A stretch of DNA of 64,000 nucleotides from Octopus vulgaris (GCA_951406725.2 OX597815.1:19840001-19904000), one strand, 5' to 3'; shown: positions 26,523 to 43,389, counted from the first letter of the stretch. Notes: a model not told the origin generated them from the sequence alone. Program-made: numbers and translations.

Positions 26523-26894
26523 TGTATGTATGTATGTATGTATGTATGTATGTATGTATGTATGTATGAATGAATGTATAAACATGCACATACACAACGG
26601 GATTCGGGACAAAAATATAAATGCAAAGAATGTGAAAAGATTCTTGCAAATAATATAATCAACATACTAATTGCAATAAATACATATGCAATATACAGAA
26701 TCTCCGGACACATAGCATTTCTGGCAGTAAGATGCACAAAGAAGTCCGTGATCATCTAAAGCATTCACCTGTGGAATGCGAAGAGAATGGAAGTTGCTGT
26801 TTATAAACACCATACAAGAGAAGGCTGTGATAGGCGGAAATAACCGAAAGAAGGCGGAAATAACCGAAAAGAACAACATTGAAAACACTATTTA

Positions 26895-27168
26895 TTTCTT
26901 ATTCCTTCACTTGTTTCAGTTACTTGACTACGGCCATGTTGAAGCACCACCTTTAGTCGAACAAATCGACCCCAGGGCTTTGTAAGCCTAGTACTTCTTT
27001 GTAAGCCTATTACTTATTCTATCGGTCTCTTATACTGAACAGCTAAATTACGAGGACGTAAACACAACACCATCGGTTATTCAAGCGATAGTGGTGGGAC
27101 AAACACATGTAGACATATACATGCATTATATATATATGTATATATGTATATGTGTGTGTGTGTATATT

Positions 27169-27201
<33 letters not shown>

Positions 27202-27395
27202 GATATATATAGATATAGATATATATATATATACGACGGGCTTCTTTCAGTTTCCATCTACCAAATCCACTCACAAGTCTTTGGTCGGCCTGAGGCTATA
27301 GTAGAAGACACTTGCCCAAGGTGCCATGCATTGGGACTAAACCCGGAACTATGTGGTTGTGAAGCAGGCATCTTACCACACAGCCACGCCGATGC
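26895..27395 (-). mobile_element. Full-length SINE family B
   Basis: Reverse complement of the 8587-8990 modules. TTTGTAAGCCTA is tandemly duplicated at about 26979-27009. Confidence 0.88.
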
Positions 27396-27694
27396 TTATG
27401 TATATACATCTTCGAATAAGGCCAAAAAGGGGAAATGAATATTGAATACGTAATTTAAAATTTACAAACAGAAAATGGTTGATCTAATGCTTCTAAGGAT
27501 AAATATTTTACAGTTAAAACAAAAGACTTTGTGCGTGCAAAACTATTAAGAAGGGGGTTCAATAAAAGTTAATAAGATCACATATTGATCGATAATTCAC
27601 ACACGTACACACACACACGGGCGCAAACACACACGCACACGCAAAAAAAAACACATACACACGCATACGTATTTACACATACATGCATACATGT

Positions 27695-27973
27695 GGAGGC
27701 ACATGGCCTAGTGGTTAGAGCAGCGGACTCGCGGACGAAGGATCGCGGGTTCGAATTCCAGACCGGGTGATGTGTGTGTTTATGAGGAAACACCTGGCAG
27801 AAGATAATGGCCAACTTCTGCTGACTCTTTCGCCACAACTTTCTCTCACTCTTTCCTCCTGCATCTTGCAGCTCACCTGCGACGGACCGGCGTCCCATCC
27901 AGGTGGGGAACCTATACGCCAAGGAAACCGGGAAACCGGCCCTTATGAGCCAGGCATGGCTCGAGAAGGAACA
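27695..27973 (+). mobile_element. tRNA-derived SINE family C2
   Basis: Head and CGCCACAACTTTCTCTCACTCTTTC are shared with C1. It then continues with a different, V-SINE-like 3' part, CCTGCGACGGACCGGCGTCCCATCCAGG..GAAACCGG..GGCTCGAGAAGGAAC. Confidence 0.85.
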
Positions 27974-28345
27974 AAAAAACATACATACATACATACATAC
28001 ATACATAACATTGATATTTACATACATGTGTGATAGAAGTAACAAATATTTCGCTGTATCCTGGGGGGGGTAGGCATAATGATTCTCCCGAGATAGAACA
28101 AAATCTGTTTCAATGTACGAGTTCACTTTAAGAATCAAGCAAACCAAAATCGACAATGAAATATTCTAAGAACTTAAAGGTTAGTGCCTAGTTTGAGGTA
28201 TAAAATCACAAATGTGGTCCATGGGTATTTTGCAGAAAGTCAAAGATTCAAAAACAAATATGGTTATTATAAACAAAATTGAACATGGAAATCTCAGAAA
28301 AAGAAATAGCAATTAAAAATTGAATTGTAGGATGTGCGTGCCAGT

Positions 28346-28386
<41 letters not shown>

Positions 28387-28409
28387 TGTGTGTATGTGTT
28401 TATATATAC

Positions 28410-28441
<32 letters not shown>

Positions 28442-28551
28442 AGGTGAGTATGTGTTGGTGAGTTGGATATCTGTGTTATAGAATGACTAAGTAACACTGA
28501 AAGAAGACGGACGTGATATATACATATATATATATATATAAATATACATAC

Positions 28552-28624
<73 letters not shown>

Positions 28625-29515
28625 CATACATACAGATATGAATATATATATATATATATATACATGTTTATATGTGTGTATGTATACATTCACACAAGCA
28701 CACGCATATAACGTATTTTCGCTCGATTTCTCCCCAAAACCTGACTTGGCTGGTTGAAACTTCTTTTTAACATTTATTTCGTTAATTCGGAATCAGTGAG
28801 GAAAGACAGAAAAAAAGTACCTCTAACAAGTAATCTCAGTTATTCTATGCTTATACCATTTCTTTAGATGAAAAAAAAAATTTTAATAGGAGCAGCAAGG
28901 CAGCAAAATATATGTTACATAGCAACAGAAAAACATAAACAAGTAACAGTACTGTGCTGGAGGGGATTCACGCAAGGAGTTAATAGGAATAAAATATATT
29001 TCTTACCTTGTTTTGGCAATTCTTTCGACTTGTTTCAACTCCACGGTTTGCATATATACAATGTGTGTCTGTGTGTTTGTGTGTGTATGCGTGTGTAGAT
29101 TGCTGGACGTACTTGAATTATCAGGTAGAGTGTGTATTTTATTTTGTAATGTGAAAGTGAAGTTCAAGTTGTTTGATCGTTCAAATGATAGACTAATCGG
29201 CAGTTTGAAACTCGAAGTCAAAATTCATAAGCTTTCAAATGTCGTTTCATTCTCTGTATAAACACTACAGAAAGCTTTAGACGCTCGAGTAACTCCTGTC
29301 CTCGTTGTTGCTAATAGATTATTACCTATATATAGAGATGCAGCACGGAATTTTGTCAGTGAACAGGTCGCGGTCTCAAAGCAACGAAAATATTTTGAAC
29401 AAATTAAATTTAAATGTTGAAGTGAATCTAACGGGTTTTGTGTGTTTCTTAAATGGCTTATAATCAACTTCCACGCTGCAATTGTTATTACCTATATACA
29501 TATACATATACATAA

Positions 29516-29589
<74 letters not shown>

Positions 29590-29591
29590 CA

Positions 29592-29744
29592 TTTACAATG
29601 GTCCTGAGCATTTGTCATTCATTAACTGATATATATATGTGCATCAGTTAATGAATGATACAAGAACAGGACTGTTGTAAACACTTTCATTAACTAAACT
29701 TAAAGTGATTACGTAAGTCCTGTTCCTTTGTCATTCATTCACTG
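29592..29744. repeat. Triplicated unit of about 30-39 bp in alternating orientation
   Basis: 29592-29630 and 29643-29681 are inverted, and 29716-29744 returns to the first orientation. Confidence 0.75.
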
Positions 29745-29859
29745 CTATTACGCTTTACATTGCTCTATATCTATATATACCGAGTTCGAACGACGGGTTT
29801 GTGCGTAAAGTTCTGCCTAAGCGAAAGCATAAAACATATATACTCATACACACACGCAC

Positions 29860-29906
<47 letters not shown>

Positions 29907-30147
29907 TGTATGTATGTATACATATTACATGCGTGTATGTGTGTGTTGTGGTTAATTACAGAAAGAAGCTGGTAGACCTTATAAATCAAAGCCACTTACC
30001 TGTATTATCTTCATAGTAACTTCGTATTCTGTTAAGTTGTTAGAAAAAACGAAAGTGTTTTCTTAGTCTTCTAGATTTGGTTTTTTTCCCTTCCTTTATT
30101 AGCGGCAATGTGACAGCAAAGAATCCAAAGAGTCAGTCTTCGGTGAC

Positions 30148-30208
<61 letters not shown>

Positions 30209-30510
30209 CAGTAGTAGTAGTAGTAGTAGTAGTAGTTTTGTTAATGTAGTTTGCAAAGTTTACTGTTTGGAGTCGACTGTCTGTTTAAAATATGTATGTG
30301 AATGCGTTTGGGAGTGTGTATCTAGTTTAGCTATGTATTCATACACGCACTGATGTTGTATTATATACATACATATATATATATATATAACTCTATATGA
30401 TATACACCTATATGTGGCTATGAATGTATATAAGTATGTGTTGGTGCGAAGCGGGGGGTATATGTATGTATGTATGTATGAATGTATGTATGTATGCATA
30501 TATGTATTTA

Positions 30511-30656
<146 letters not shown>

Positions 30657-30749
30657 TGTGTGTATGTGTATGCATACTCACGCACGAACAGAACATATAT
30701 GCTTATATCTATTACCTATGTATGCAAATATGTGCATTTGTTGTTATAC

Positions 30750-30803
<54 letters not shown>

Positions 30804-31369
30804 TTTTGTATACACACATGCATACATACATACATATGCATATAGTTAATGAATTCATCTCTCTCTCGCTCTCGCTCTCTCGCTCTCTTATCTCGGCAAA
30901 CTACCAAAAGCTAGATAGAATAAAGTATTGTCAGCCAGCTTGTTCGATTGAGTGTCCATCTAGTTGGGTGGTTGCGCCGGTATAGACTTATGGCCTACTC
31001 GCTAGACAGGTGTATAACTCTGCCAAATTTCACCCAGTCCCCTACACCCATCATCCCACAGTCCTTCACGCATACACACCTTTAGCTATTTTACTTTCTG
31101 CTTTTTCTCTTTCTTTTTCTTCTTTCTTCGTTGCACATTTTCTTATTTTCATAAATGAATAATAGAAACGTATACCTATCTACTTGTAAATCTTAGCAAG
31201 ATTTTATCCAAGAAGAAAATTGCCCAAACTATTATTATTATCATCATCATCATCATCATCATTGCCATCATCATTTTGTTATTGCATCATCATCATCATC
31301 ATCATCATTGCCATCATCATTTTGTTATTGCTGAAAGTGCGAAAGAGCTTTGTTATTATTTTCGTTGTT

Positions 31370-32010
31370 AAGGCGGCGAGCTGGCAGAATCGTTAGCACG
31401 CTGGACGAAGTGCGGAATTTCGCCCGTCGCTACGTTCTGAGTTCAAATTCCGCCGAGGTCGACTTTGCCTTTCATCCTTTCGGGGTCGATAGATTAAGTA
31501 CCAGTTACGCACTGGGGGTCGATGTAATCGACTTAATACCTTTGTCTGTCCTTGTTTGTCCCCTCTATGTTTAGACCCTTGTGGGCAGTAAAGAAATATA
31601 TATAATAGAATTGTCAAACCATCGGAAAAAATGCTTGACAGTATTTGTTCCAGCTCTTTCTGTTCAAAGTTCAAATCTCATTGAAGCCAACTTTGCCTTT
31701 CATTCTATTGAGATCGATAAAATAGAGTACCAGTCAAGTAATGAGGATCGACGGTATCATTTAATCCCATTCTCTCAAATATACTGGCCCTGTGGCCAAA
31801 TAAAAAAAAAAACATAAAGATGTGTGTTGATAAAACTGCTACGGCATCGGTAAAACAGTTTTGCGGCATTTTTTCAAGCTCTCTACTATTCTGTGTTCAA
31901 ATATGAAGGTCAACTTTGCCTTTCCATCCCGTCGTGATCAAATACTTGAGTCGATAAAGTCAATGTTGCCTCCTGATGAAATTCTGGCCTTGTTTCCATA
32001 TAAGAAATTA
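31370..32010 (+). mobile_element. Head-to-tail cluster of three SINE A copies (one young, two old)
   Basis: Copies at about 31370-31597, 31608-31805 and 31830-32010, each with GTTCAAAT..CAACTTTGCCTTT. Confidence 0.85.
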
Positions 32011-32496
32011 TTATTTCAACTATTATTAATTTTTGTAGCCTTTAAATTTAATCACCATGGAATATGTAAATATTTCAGTGCTCTCTTAGTTCATTAAGAG
32101 TTCTTTTAAGTCTTCAAAGATCTCTTCGGACAATAAAATTCCAGAGAAAGAAGTAAACCTTATTTCGATATCCTTCTCCACACCACTTTTTGTATCAAAC
32201 TTCGATACGTGTAAAGAAATATTGAACTTCTTAACACTAACTATAATAGCCAAATTATAGTTCAGGAGGCTAAAGTAAATGGAATAAACACCAGTATATT
32301 ACTTGTCTGCTGTTTATATATTATCGTGTGAGGAGAAATGAAAAGGAAAAGAGATGATTGCCAAAATTTGAACTCTGTAATATAACAATTGTCAGAATCG
32401 TTACAGCGTCGGGCAGATGTGTGGCGCTAACTGTTCCTGCTCTTTACGTTCTGAGTTTAATTCCCTCTGTCTCATTTCCTTTGATCCTTTTTTATG

Positions 32497-32538
<42 letters not shown>

Positions 32539-32774
32539 TTTCTCACTCTCTCACACACACATTCTAACAATTGGCTACATGAAAGGATCGTAATGGAGGG
32601 AGGCGACTCATATTGCCTACTCCAAGAAATAAAGGGTTCTTTGACAACCTCTTCTCAAAAACCGCCCAAAGAAAGCGAAGAACATAGCTGGCATGGATGG
32701 AACGGCTAGTTATACATGTAGGCACATACATACATACGTACATACATACATACATACATACATACATACATACA

Positions 32775-32808
<34 letters not shown>

Positions 32809-33254
32809 CATACATACATACTTGCAGGTAGATGCATTAAATGGAACCAATATAGCAGAGACACAGCTTGCCAGAGGATTGAACCATCAGTATTGACATA
32901 TAAATAGTGCTCTTAGGCATTGGCACACTGCAACATCTTTGAAATAAGCATAAACAGCTGGTTGCTAATCGACCCCAGTATGTAACAAATACTTGTTTTC
33001 GCGATCCACAGCGAACGGCTAAGTTAGCTATAAACAGACAAAACATATATGGATAGAACAAAGAGCAATGAGATGTTTCTTCTGGTCTTCTGCTACGTTG
33101 CTTAATTCTTACGAATCGAAGTATTTAGTTAACAATCCAAGGCGGTGTATAACAGAAACGACAGAGTCACGATGAATATATTGTTCTAGTGAGTTATGTC
33201 CCTCTAAATTCAAAATTCAAATGATGCTTACAATGCCTTGCATAAATTTCAAAT

Positions 33255-33688
33255 TATGGTTCAAGACCAGCAAGTTCGGAGGTGGAGGGGGGGATAGGTC
33301 GACTGCATCGACCCAAATACTCAACTGGTACTTATTTTATCAATCCCAAAAGGATGAAAGACAAAGACGGCCTCCGCGGAATTTGAACTTGGAACGTAAA
33401 GACAGACGGAATACAATTAAGCATTTTGCCCGACGTGCTAACAATTCTTATTTCTTTATTGCCCACAAAGGGCTAAACATAGAGGGAACCAACAATAACA
33501 GCAAAGGGATTAAGTCGATTATATCGACCCCAGTGCGTAACTGGTACTTATTTAATCGACTCCGAAAGGATGAAAGGCAAAGTCGACCTCGGGACCTCGG
33601 CGGAATTTAAACCCAGATCGTAGCGGCAGACGAAAAACCGCTAAGCATTTCGCCCGGTGTGCTAAGGCTTCTGCCAGCTTGCCGCCTT
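33255..33688 (-). mobile_element. Two abutting SINE A copies (young copy directly upstream of an old one)
   Basis: 33447-33688 has the LTR-like tail. 33255-33445 has the old tail, and its head begins at GAATTGTTAGCACG. Confidence 0.85.
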
Positions 33689-33789
33689 TACGCTGGGTTT
33701 AGCAAAATAAGCAGCAGTGAAACAATGGACTCGTTTAAATGGACTACGTTTTTCTCTCTTCGTTCTCCAAATATGAGTGGCTTTATTTT

Positions 33790-34143
33790 TTCTCTTGCTT
33801 GCCTTAGTCAACGGCCCGCGAGGTGTTTAATCGAGCAAATTGACCTCCAAAAACTCAGGCACTTATTTTATCGTTCTCGTTTGCCGGATCGCAAGGCTAC
33901 AGGGATGTAAACGAACCTACATCGATTGTCAAGCTGTGATGGAGGCTAACACAAACCCAAAGACTCACGCATATATACAACAGGCTTCTGCACAGTTTCC
34001 GTCAGCCAATTTTCGCATAAGTCAGTAATTGGTCCGAGGTTATATGAGAAGACATTTTGTCCGAAGTATTGCGTGGTAGGACTGAACCCGAAATCATTTG
34101 GTTATAAAGCGAGCTTCTTAACCACAAAGCCATTCCTACTCTT
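33790..34143 (-). mobile_element. Diverged SINE family B
   Basis: ATCGAGCAAATTGACC..CAGTTTCCGTC..GACTGAACCCGAAA..CTTCTTAACCACAAAGCCATTCCT. Confidence 0.7.
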
Positions 34144-34180
34144 ATACACACAGATATTATTAATTTTAATCAAAATGTAA

Positions 34181-34400
34181 AGGCAGCGGCGAGCTGGCAG
34201 AATCGTTAGCATGCCGGGCAAAATATTTAGCGGCATTTCGTCCACCTTTACGTTCTGAGTTCAAATTCCGCCAAGGTCGACTTTGCCTTTCGCCCTTTTA
34301 GGATCGATAAAATGAGTACCAGTTGAGTACTGAGCTCTCTGTAATCGACTTGCATCCTACCCTGAACTTGCTACCCTTGTGCCAAAATTTGAAACTAATA
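34181..34400 (+). mobile_element. SINE family A (old tail)
   Basis: GGCGAGCTGGCAGAATCGTTAGC..GTCGACTTTGCCTTT..CCTTGTGCCAAAATTTGAAAC. Confidence 0.88.
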
Positions 34401-34915
34401 TATGAGCGTGTGTATATGTATATATATATGTGTGTGTGTACGTGATGTAGAAAAATGTATAATATATATTGATATCGTTTGACCAATCCCGAAGGGTCAA
34501 GCTTATAATGGGGAGTGTTTAACCAATAGTAGTCAAACAATATGCTATTGGTACTTGTAGTATCGACCCGAAAGATAAAAAGCAAGATCGATAAGGATGA
34601 AACTTGAATGCATAAAAAACAGAGTAAAACTTAAATATATACAATAAGGTACCCAAAAGACTCACACACACACACACATGTTGTGTATTTATGTATGCAT
34701 ACATGCATCACGTATAAGCTTATGTAAGCATACACACATACACACAGCAAGAAGGACAGACGAAGAATTTATTCGTGGTTCAGGTAACAACCGTATGTTA
34801 GAAATGTTGCTGTTGTAAAGAATCAAATAACATGTACAATAAATACAGCGGGAAAAAAGATGTATAAATTTGATAAGGAGTAGGACACAGGCACCACAGT
34901 GACTGAATATTAATC

Positions 34916-34987
<72 letters not shown>

Positions 34988-35081
34988 GAGAGAGACAAAA
35001 CATGAAAAGACAACTTCAGTAGAAAAAATCTAGGAAGATAGATAAGTAGGAATTACTTTCTGAAAGAACAACTGAAATATA

Positions 35082-35134
<53 letters not shown>

Positions 35135-35290
35135 GTGTATGTATGTATATATGAATATAATATATATATATATATATATATATTATAAATATATATATAC
35201 ACATGTGTGTATATATACGTATATATACACATACATTATATACATGACATGCTTATATATACAGCGACATATACACAGTTACATACATAC

Positions 35291-35326
<36 letters not shown>

Positions 35327-35375
35327 ACCACACAGACATATGCACATGTGCAAATAGAGGGGCAGAGTGAAATAC

Positions 35376-35427
<52 letters not shown>

Positions 35428-35523
35428 GAAAAGCCTGTTATACTTACCTTGTCCCAGGACAACTGATATGAACAGAATTTCTTCATTGTCAGCAGGAGAA
35501 AGAAAGTAAAAACAAGCATGTGC

Positions 35524-35570
<47 letters not shown>

Positions 35571-35612
35571 CGTATATATATATAGATAGATAAATAGATA
35601 GATAGATAGATA

Positions 35613-35716
<104 letters not shown>

Positions 35717-36207
35717 GTGTATATATGTATGTATGTATGTATATATATATATGTAAGTATGTACAACATAGAAAATAATAACTTAGGAACAAGATAGAAT
35801 GGAGAAGGAAGAAGCAGAGACCACATTCTATATGAGGCTATGTTCCTAAATAAGGTTTATATAGCATTAATAACAGACTGTGGATTTCCTGCTAGAAATG
35901 TTGCGAATGTTGGTACTGTGGTGGTGTTGGTTGCTGTGGTGGTTGTTGATGGCAGAGGTAATGCTTATTGCAGTTGTGGTGGTGATGGTGGTGGTGGTGA
36001 TGTTGGTGGTGGTGGTGGTGGTTTTGGTGGCTGTGGTTGGTGGTGGTGGTGGTTGGTGGTGGTGGCGAGTGTGTTGCATTATAGGCAAAGTTCCAAGATT
36101 GGCCATAATGTCATTCAAAATAAAACTTGGATGCTAATTTGAACGACCGATGGAGCCTCCCATTATAGAGTTTACAGATTTAGTGCACCTTATGTTTATG
36201 CATGTAT

Positions 36208-36254
<47 letters not shown>

Positions 36255-36294
36255 AATATATATATATATGTGTGTGTGTGTGTATGTATATATA

Positions 36295-36363
<69 letters not shown>

Positions 36364-36404
36364 GTATATATATATGTATATATATATGTATACATATATA
36401 TATG

Positions 36405-36445
<41 letters not shown>

Positions 36446-36447
36446 GT

Positions 36448-36498
<51 letters not shown>

Positions 36499-36529
36499 TT
36501 GTGTATGTGTGTGTGAGTATGTGCATATC

Positions 36530-36665
<136 letters not shown>

Positions 36666-37241
36666 AACACATTCGCACACATTCGTATATGTGGTGTGAG
36701 TGTATGGATATGTTACACACACACACACACACATCCACACATATGCATATGTGTGTGGGTGTGTATATGTGTGTGCGTGTATGTGCACTTATTCGTTACC
36801 TGTGGTGAGTGCGTGCGTCCGTGCGTGCGTCCGTGCGTGCGTGCGTGCGTGCGTGCGTGAGAGTGTTTGCGAGGCAAACAATGATTTCAAAAATGACAAT
36901 TAGGTATTTTTTTGCTGAGCCAAATTTCTATAAAAGTTGGCACCTTGTTAGCGTTGCCGTCATGAAAGTATTTGTGGTGGTTTCTTTTTCGTTTGTTGGG
37001 GGGTGGGGGGCGGGTAGGTGGGGGGGGGTTGGTTTTACTGATTTACGGGGTTGGTTAGTTTCATTGAGTTGTTTGTTACTAATAAACCTCAACACTAATG
37101 TTTTTTAAGCTTGATATTAAAAATATGAAGTCATCCGCGCGCGCGCGCAGGGGTGTTTCTCTCTGTGTGTAGTATGAGATATTTACAGCTGCTTTTGCAT
37201 TTTATATATATCACTTGTGTGTGTATACATATATCTATGCG

Positions 37242-37287
<46 letters not shown>

Positions 37288-37355
37288 TATACATATATAT
37301 TTATGTATGTATATTATATATATATGTATATATATATGTATATATATGTATATGC

Positions 37356-37420
<65 letters not shown>

Positions 37421-37507
37421 CATATATGCACATGTATATAATATATACAAGTTTGGCATATGTCAGAATTTCATACACGGTATCTTTCTACCTCTCTTTC
37501 TTTCCCT

Positions 37508-37615
<108 letters not shown>

Positions 37616-38267
37616 TTCTCTCTCTGTCATGCGCGCGCATGCCGATGGAAAGTCGGGAAAAAATGAGGAAGCGTGAAGAGGGAGAGAGGGAATAAATACA
37701 CCCACTCATGTGCACACATTCACACACACACACACACACAAACATACATACATACATACATACATACATTCATACAGCTGTTGCCAATTGGCTATCGAGT
37801 GTGACTACGTTTTGAGCTCCTTTCGTCTTCCCTTTTAAGGATGTATGTGTCTTTGTCAAAAGTCTTCCCGATGACGTAAACATATAATCAGTAAGACAAC
37901 ACCTCCAAGACGGCAACAGCACCCCAGATAAATTCGTAGCCGCGCAATCGACGAGAGAATCGCCATTGCTGTATCACCCACGAGCTCTCACGAACGAGAA
38001 ACATACGAAAGTGGTAGTATTTCATCGTAATAGCTGCGCATGATACTCCACCCACTGCAACAAATGGTTCATCGTTTGTTTACCTAGTTTGAAACTTGGC
38101 TTGCGCTGGGCATAAAAATCAGGTGCAAACGTACGAACATAAAAAAGCTGTATAGCGACAAACGTACAAACGTCCTAATTTCTAAGAGTTTTAAGCCATT
38201 AAACTAATGATAGTTAAGATGACCAGGTACCATGGATTTCACGTTAGACTTTTCTTTGGCCATATGC

Positions 38268-38330
<63 letters not shown>

Positions 38331-38535
38331 CCTACAATCTGATGGCATTGATTCTTCTGAACTCAACCGTACTTTGACAGGTTGCGTTTTCCATCTGACA
38401 AGATACCCCAAATCCACCCTTCTTATCAAACAATCTTGATGGGGGTTGCTGGTTTTGTCGACGACGGCTCGAACAAGCGCACTTGGCACCGGCCTACATG
38501 ACTAGCATGTCTTCCATTATCAGATGTCTCACAAT

Positions 38536-38596
<61 letters not shown>

Positions 38597-39896
38597 CGTC
38601 AAACAGGCATACATAGATACATATATACTTACATATATGCATACATATATAAATATATATATGCTTGCATATGTGAATACATACATAAATGCATACATAC
38701 ATATGTACGCACATAAAAGTATAGGTATATACTTACATAAAAGTATAGGTATATGCTCATTAATATACACGTGAAAGTTAATACTCGCCAACCGTCAAAG
38801 TACATATAAAATACATACATACATACATACATACATACATACATACATACACACATACATACATACATACATATATACATACATACATACATACATACAT
38901 ACATACATAAATACATACATACATACATATATATATAAATATATACATACATCAACGCGTGTGGACATGCAATGTTTCGTCTCATTTGGCAATCGAATCT
39001 GAAAGCTGACAGCCATAAAGTTTCAAGTTTTCAGTGTTAGTGTCATTGAATTCTGCCACGGCTTGCAAAAGTTACTGATTCCATTCAAAGAACAAATATG
39101 AACTGAAAGCTATATCAATAATTTATAGAGAAAGAAGCAGCATTGATGCCAAAATATAATATTTATATTCCACTGAGAGTGGATGTTGTGCACAAAATAC
39201 TGCGTTATGTACCATGTGAGGAGCCTACATATGGACTTGTGGTGCATAAGAGCACGCGTGTTTATATTGTTTGCCTCATTTGATATTATTATATTAATAG
39301 TTATATGTTAATAGTTAACAAGTGTACATGGGGAATGCATTGGCGGGGTAAATGTTTAAATCCTTAACATTTAATTAAAATATTCGATGTCGCTTATGTT
39401 GCAATCATATAACAACAACAACGAGAATAAAGGTGAACAACATAAAGGCGGAGGGGAAGAGAGGAATAATGGCAATAAAAGGAGGTGTTAACGTAATCAA
39501 AGCTCTAAGAGTGGTTACGAGTTAGAAAATTCTTGATTGTTATGTTTTGGCCTCTCACGGTAGGCGCGCGCGTGTATGTGTGTGTGCGTGCGCGCGCACG
39601 TGTGGAAAGTACCTGAAGTACATACTTCCCTGCATACATGCAAACCCATATATACATGAATTCATATGTACATGAATACATATGTACATGAATACATAGG
39701 TACATATATACATGAATGCATAGGTACATATTTTTCATTTCTTTCGGTGAAACATGTAGCAAGCTTTACGCAACATTTCAGTTTCGTTCAAAGTTGTGTC
39801 GAATGTTTTCCTTTTTTTTTCCCCTGCTGAATATAAATTTCTACCAAACCTCTCTCTCTCTCTTTCTCCCGCCCTCTCTCCCTCTCTGTCTCTCTG

Positions 39897-39927
<31 letters not shown>

Positions 39928-40429
39928 GTTTCTTTGTTACTATCTCTTTCTTTCTCTGTATCTAAACTGCAACTAAAAGACTTGAACTGCTAGAAGTAGC
40001 AAGTAAATCTCCCTAAAATGAGTTTCCACCATCTGAGAAAGAAACATAGACTAATAGACGTTAATATACAGGATAATCACGGTTGAGATACTTTTTATCA
40101 AGGACTGTTCGATCAGTATTAAACCAGGGGTTAAACAACGAACTAAAAGAGCTTCTATATAATCAAAACTAGAAATAGCAGCCAAAATTTTGTCAGATCA
40201 TACGTCGTCTAGCCACTTGACATGTGTGTGTGTGTGTGTGTGTGTGTGTATGCTTGTGTCTGTGTGTGCGTGCGTGCGTGTGTGCGTGCGAGCGTGTGTG
40301 TATGCGTGCAAAAGATCCAGAAATGATGTTTATTCTCAGGAATACTATGAATCAATGAAAAAACTGTGACGGTTCATTAAATTGTAGGGCAATTCTGTCC
40401 CGTTTGGTTGTTTTTTAATACCCATGTTT

Positions 40430-40875
40430 TTCTTCTTCTTCTTCTTCTTCTTCTTCTTCTTCTTCTTCTTCTTCTTCTTCTTCTTCTTCTTCTTCTTCTT
40501 CTTCTTCTACTACTACTACTACTACTACTATTTCTTCTCCTTCTTCTTCCACTTCTCCCTTTTCTTCTCCTTTTCTTCTTCCTTTTCTTCTTCTTCTTCC
40601 TTCTTCTCCTTTTCTTCTTCTCCTCCTTCTTCTTCTTCCTCTTCCTTTTCTCCCTTTTCTTCTCCCTTTTCTTCTTCTTCTTCTTCTTCTCCCTTTTCTT
40701 CTTCTTCTTCTTCTTCTTCTTCTTCTTCTTCTTCTCCTTCTTCTTCTTCATCTTCCTTTTCTCCCTTTTCTTCTTCTTCTTCTTCTCCTCCTCCTTCTTC
40801 TTCTTCATCTTCCTTTTCTCCTTTTTCTTCTTCTTCTTCTTCTTCTTCTTTCTTCTCCTACTTCTTCTTCTTCAC
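40430..40875. repeat. (TTC)n / polypyrimidine tract with recurring TTCCTTTTCTCCC variants
   Basis: About 445 bp, almost purely C/T on the plus strand. Confidence 0.95.
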
Positions 40876-41378
40876 TCTTCCATTCGTTTTTGTCTGTTAC
40901 AAGCATTTGGGTCAGACAGCTTATCAAGCTATAAGTCCCCCCGCCCCCTTCCAAACACTTTCTCCTACTTATCTTTGAATCATTGAAAAGACCCATCGGT
41001 GGATCCTTTGATTTACAAACGCAATATATCCGTCGAACTTCTAAGCTGATTTCGCCTGCACACTTTTCAAACAGCTGGGACAGACTCGAAGCTATGGAAA
41101 AAGACATGTGCCTAAGGTTTCCGGGATCGGATTGAACTCTAGGCCCCATGAGTGCAAAGTGAACTTTTGAAACATTCAGCCATGTTTACGTTCATTTATA
41201 TAAGTGTACATACATACAAACACACACACACACACACAAACAAACGCACACACTCCACAGAGCATAAACAAATACATACACACACACATATGAATGTATG
41301 TATGTATGTTTTTATGAATGTGCGTATGTGCGTCTGCATACACACACACACATATACATACATATGCATATATATATA

Positions 41379-41416
<38 letters not shown>

Positions 41417-41567
41417 TATATATATATATATATATATATACATATTTATTTTCATATATATATGTATACACACACACATACATATATATGCATATATATA
41501 TATACACACACACGCGCTCACACAAGTACACACGCACTCACATTTGTGTGTGTGTGTATGTGTGTCT

Positions 41568-41611
<44 letters not shown>

Positions 41612-42054
41612 ACATGTGTCTCTATTTGCATTGGGTTAGTGGCATATCTGTGTATGTGTGTGTGTGTGTGTTTGTGATTGTACGCATGTTCATTGTTCAT
41701 AATCTCTATACATTATAATCATACACAAATGCACAATGAACTACAAAGCAAAGTAGTGGTGGTAGTGGGGGGTGGAGAGAGGTTCAATGTAGGAAATACA
41801 GAATAATGGAATTGTATGATCGAATAGGAGAATAGTGAATATACCTGTTCCACTGACATACGTATTAATGTCTGTACAGTGGGTCTTGGTAAGTGCGTGC
41901 GTGCGCGCGTGTGTGCGTGCGTGCGTATGTGTGTGCGCGCGTATATGAATTTGTACATTAATGCATGTGTATATGTGTATGAGCATGTGTATGTGTATAC
42001 GTGTGTATATGTATATATATATATGTATGTATGTATTTATGTATATGATATATA

Positions 42055-43300
<1,246 letters not shown>

Positions 43301-43389
43301 AAAAAAAAAAAAAGGCGACCAGTTGAGAAATGTAAAGTGAACGGCCGACGAGGAGGAGATAAATATATCAAAGAAGAAGGTGAAGCGCC

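Noticed and set aside
26574-26759. GQKYKCKECEKIL, resembling a C2H2 zinc finger
   Set aside because: No HxxxH pair, no linker repeats and no convincing splice sites.
27695-27770. tRNA genes at SINE heads (also 19440-19514, 22468-22535, 61571-61640)
   Set aside because: The acceptor stems do not close and each head runs straight into a multi-copy SINE body.
35840-36142. Gly/Val-rich or Thr-rich (mucin-like) ORFs
   Set aside because: Degenerate (GGT)n repeat with no splice or start support.
38369-38803. GTACTTTGAC(A)GGTTG / CAACCGTCAAAGTAC as MITE TIRs
   Set aside because: Short and imperfect, with an interior that is mostly microsatellite. It cannot be distinguished from chance without other copies.
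40377-40986. Lys/Arg-rich protamine-like and Ser/Phe-rich ORFs
   Set aside because: These are translations of the (TTC)n tract.
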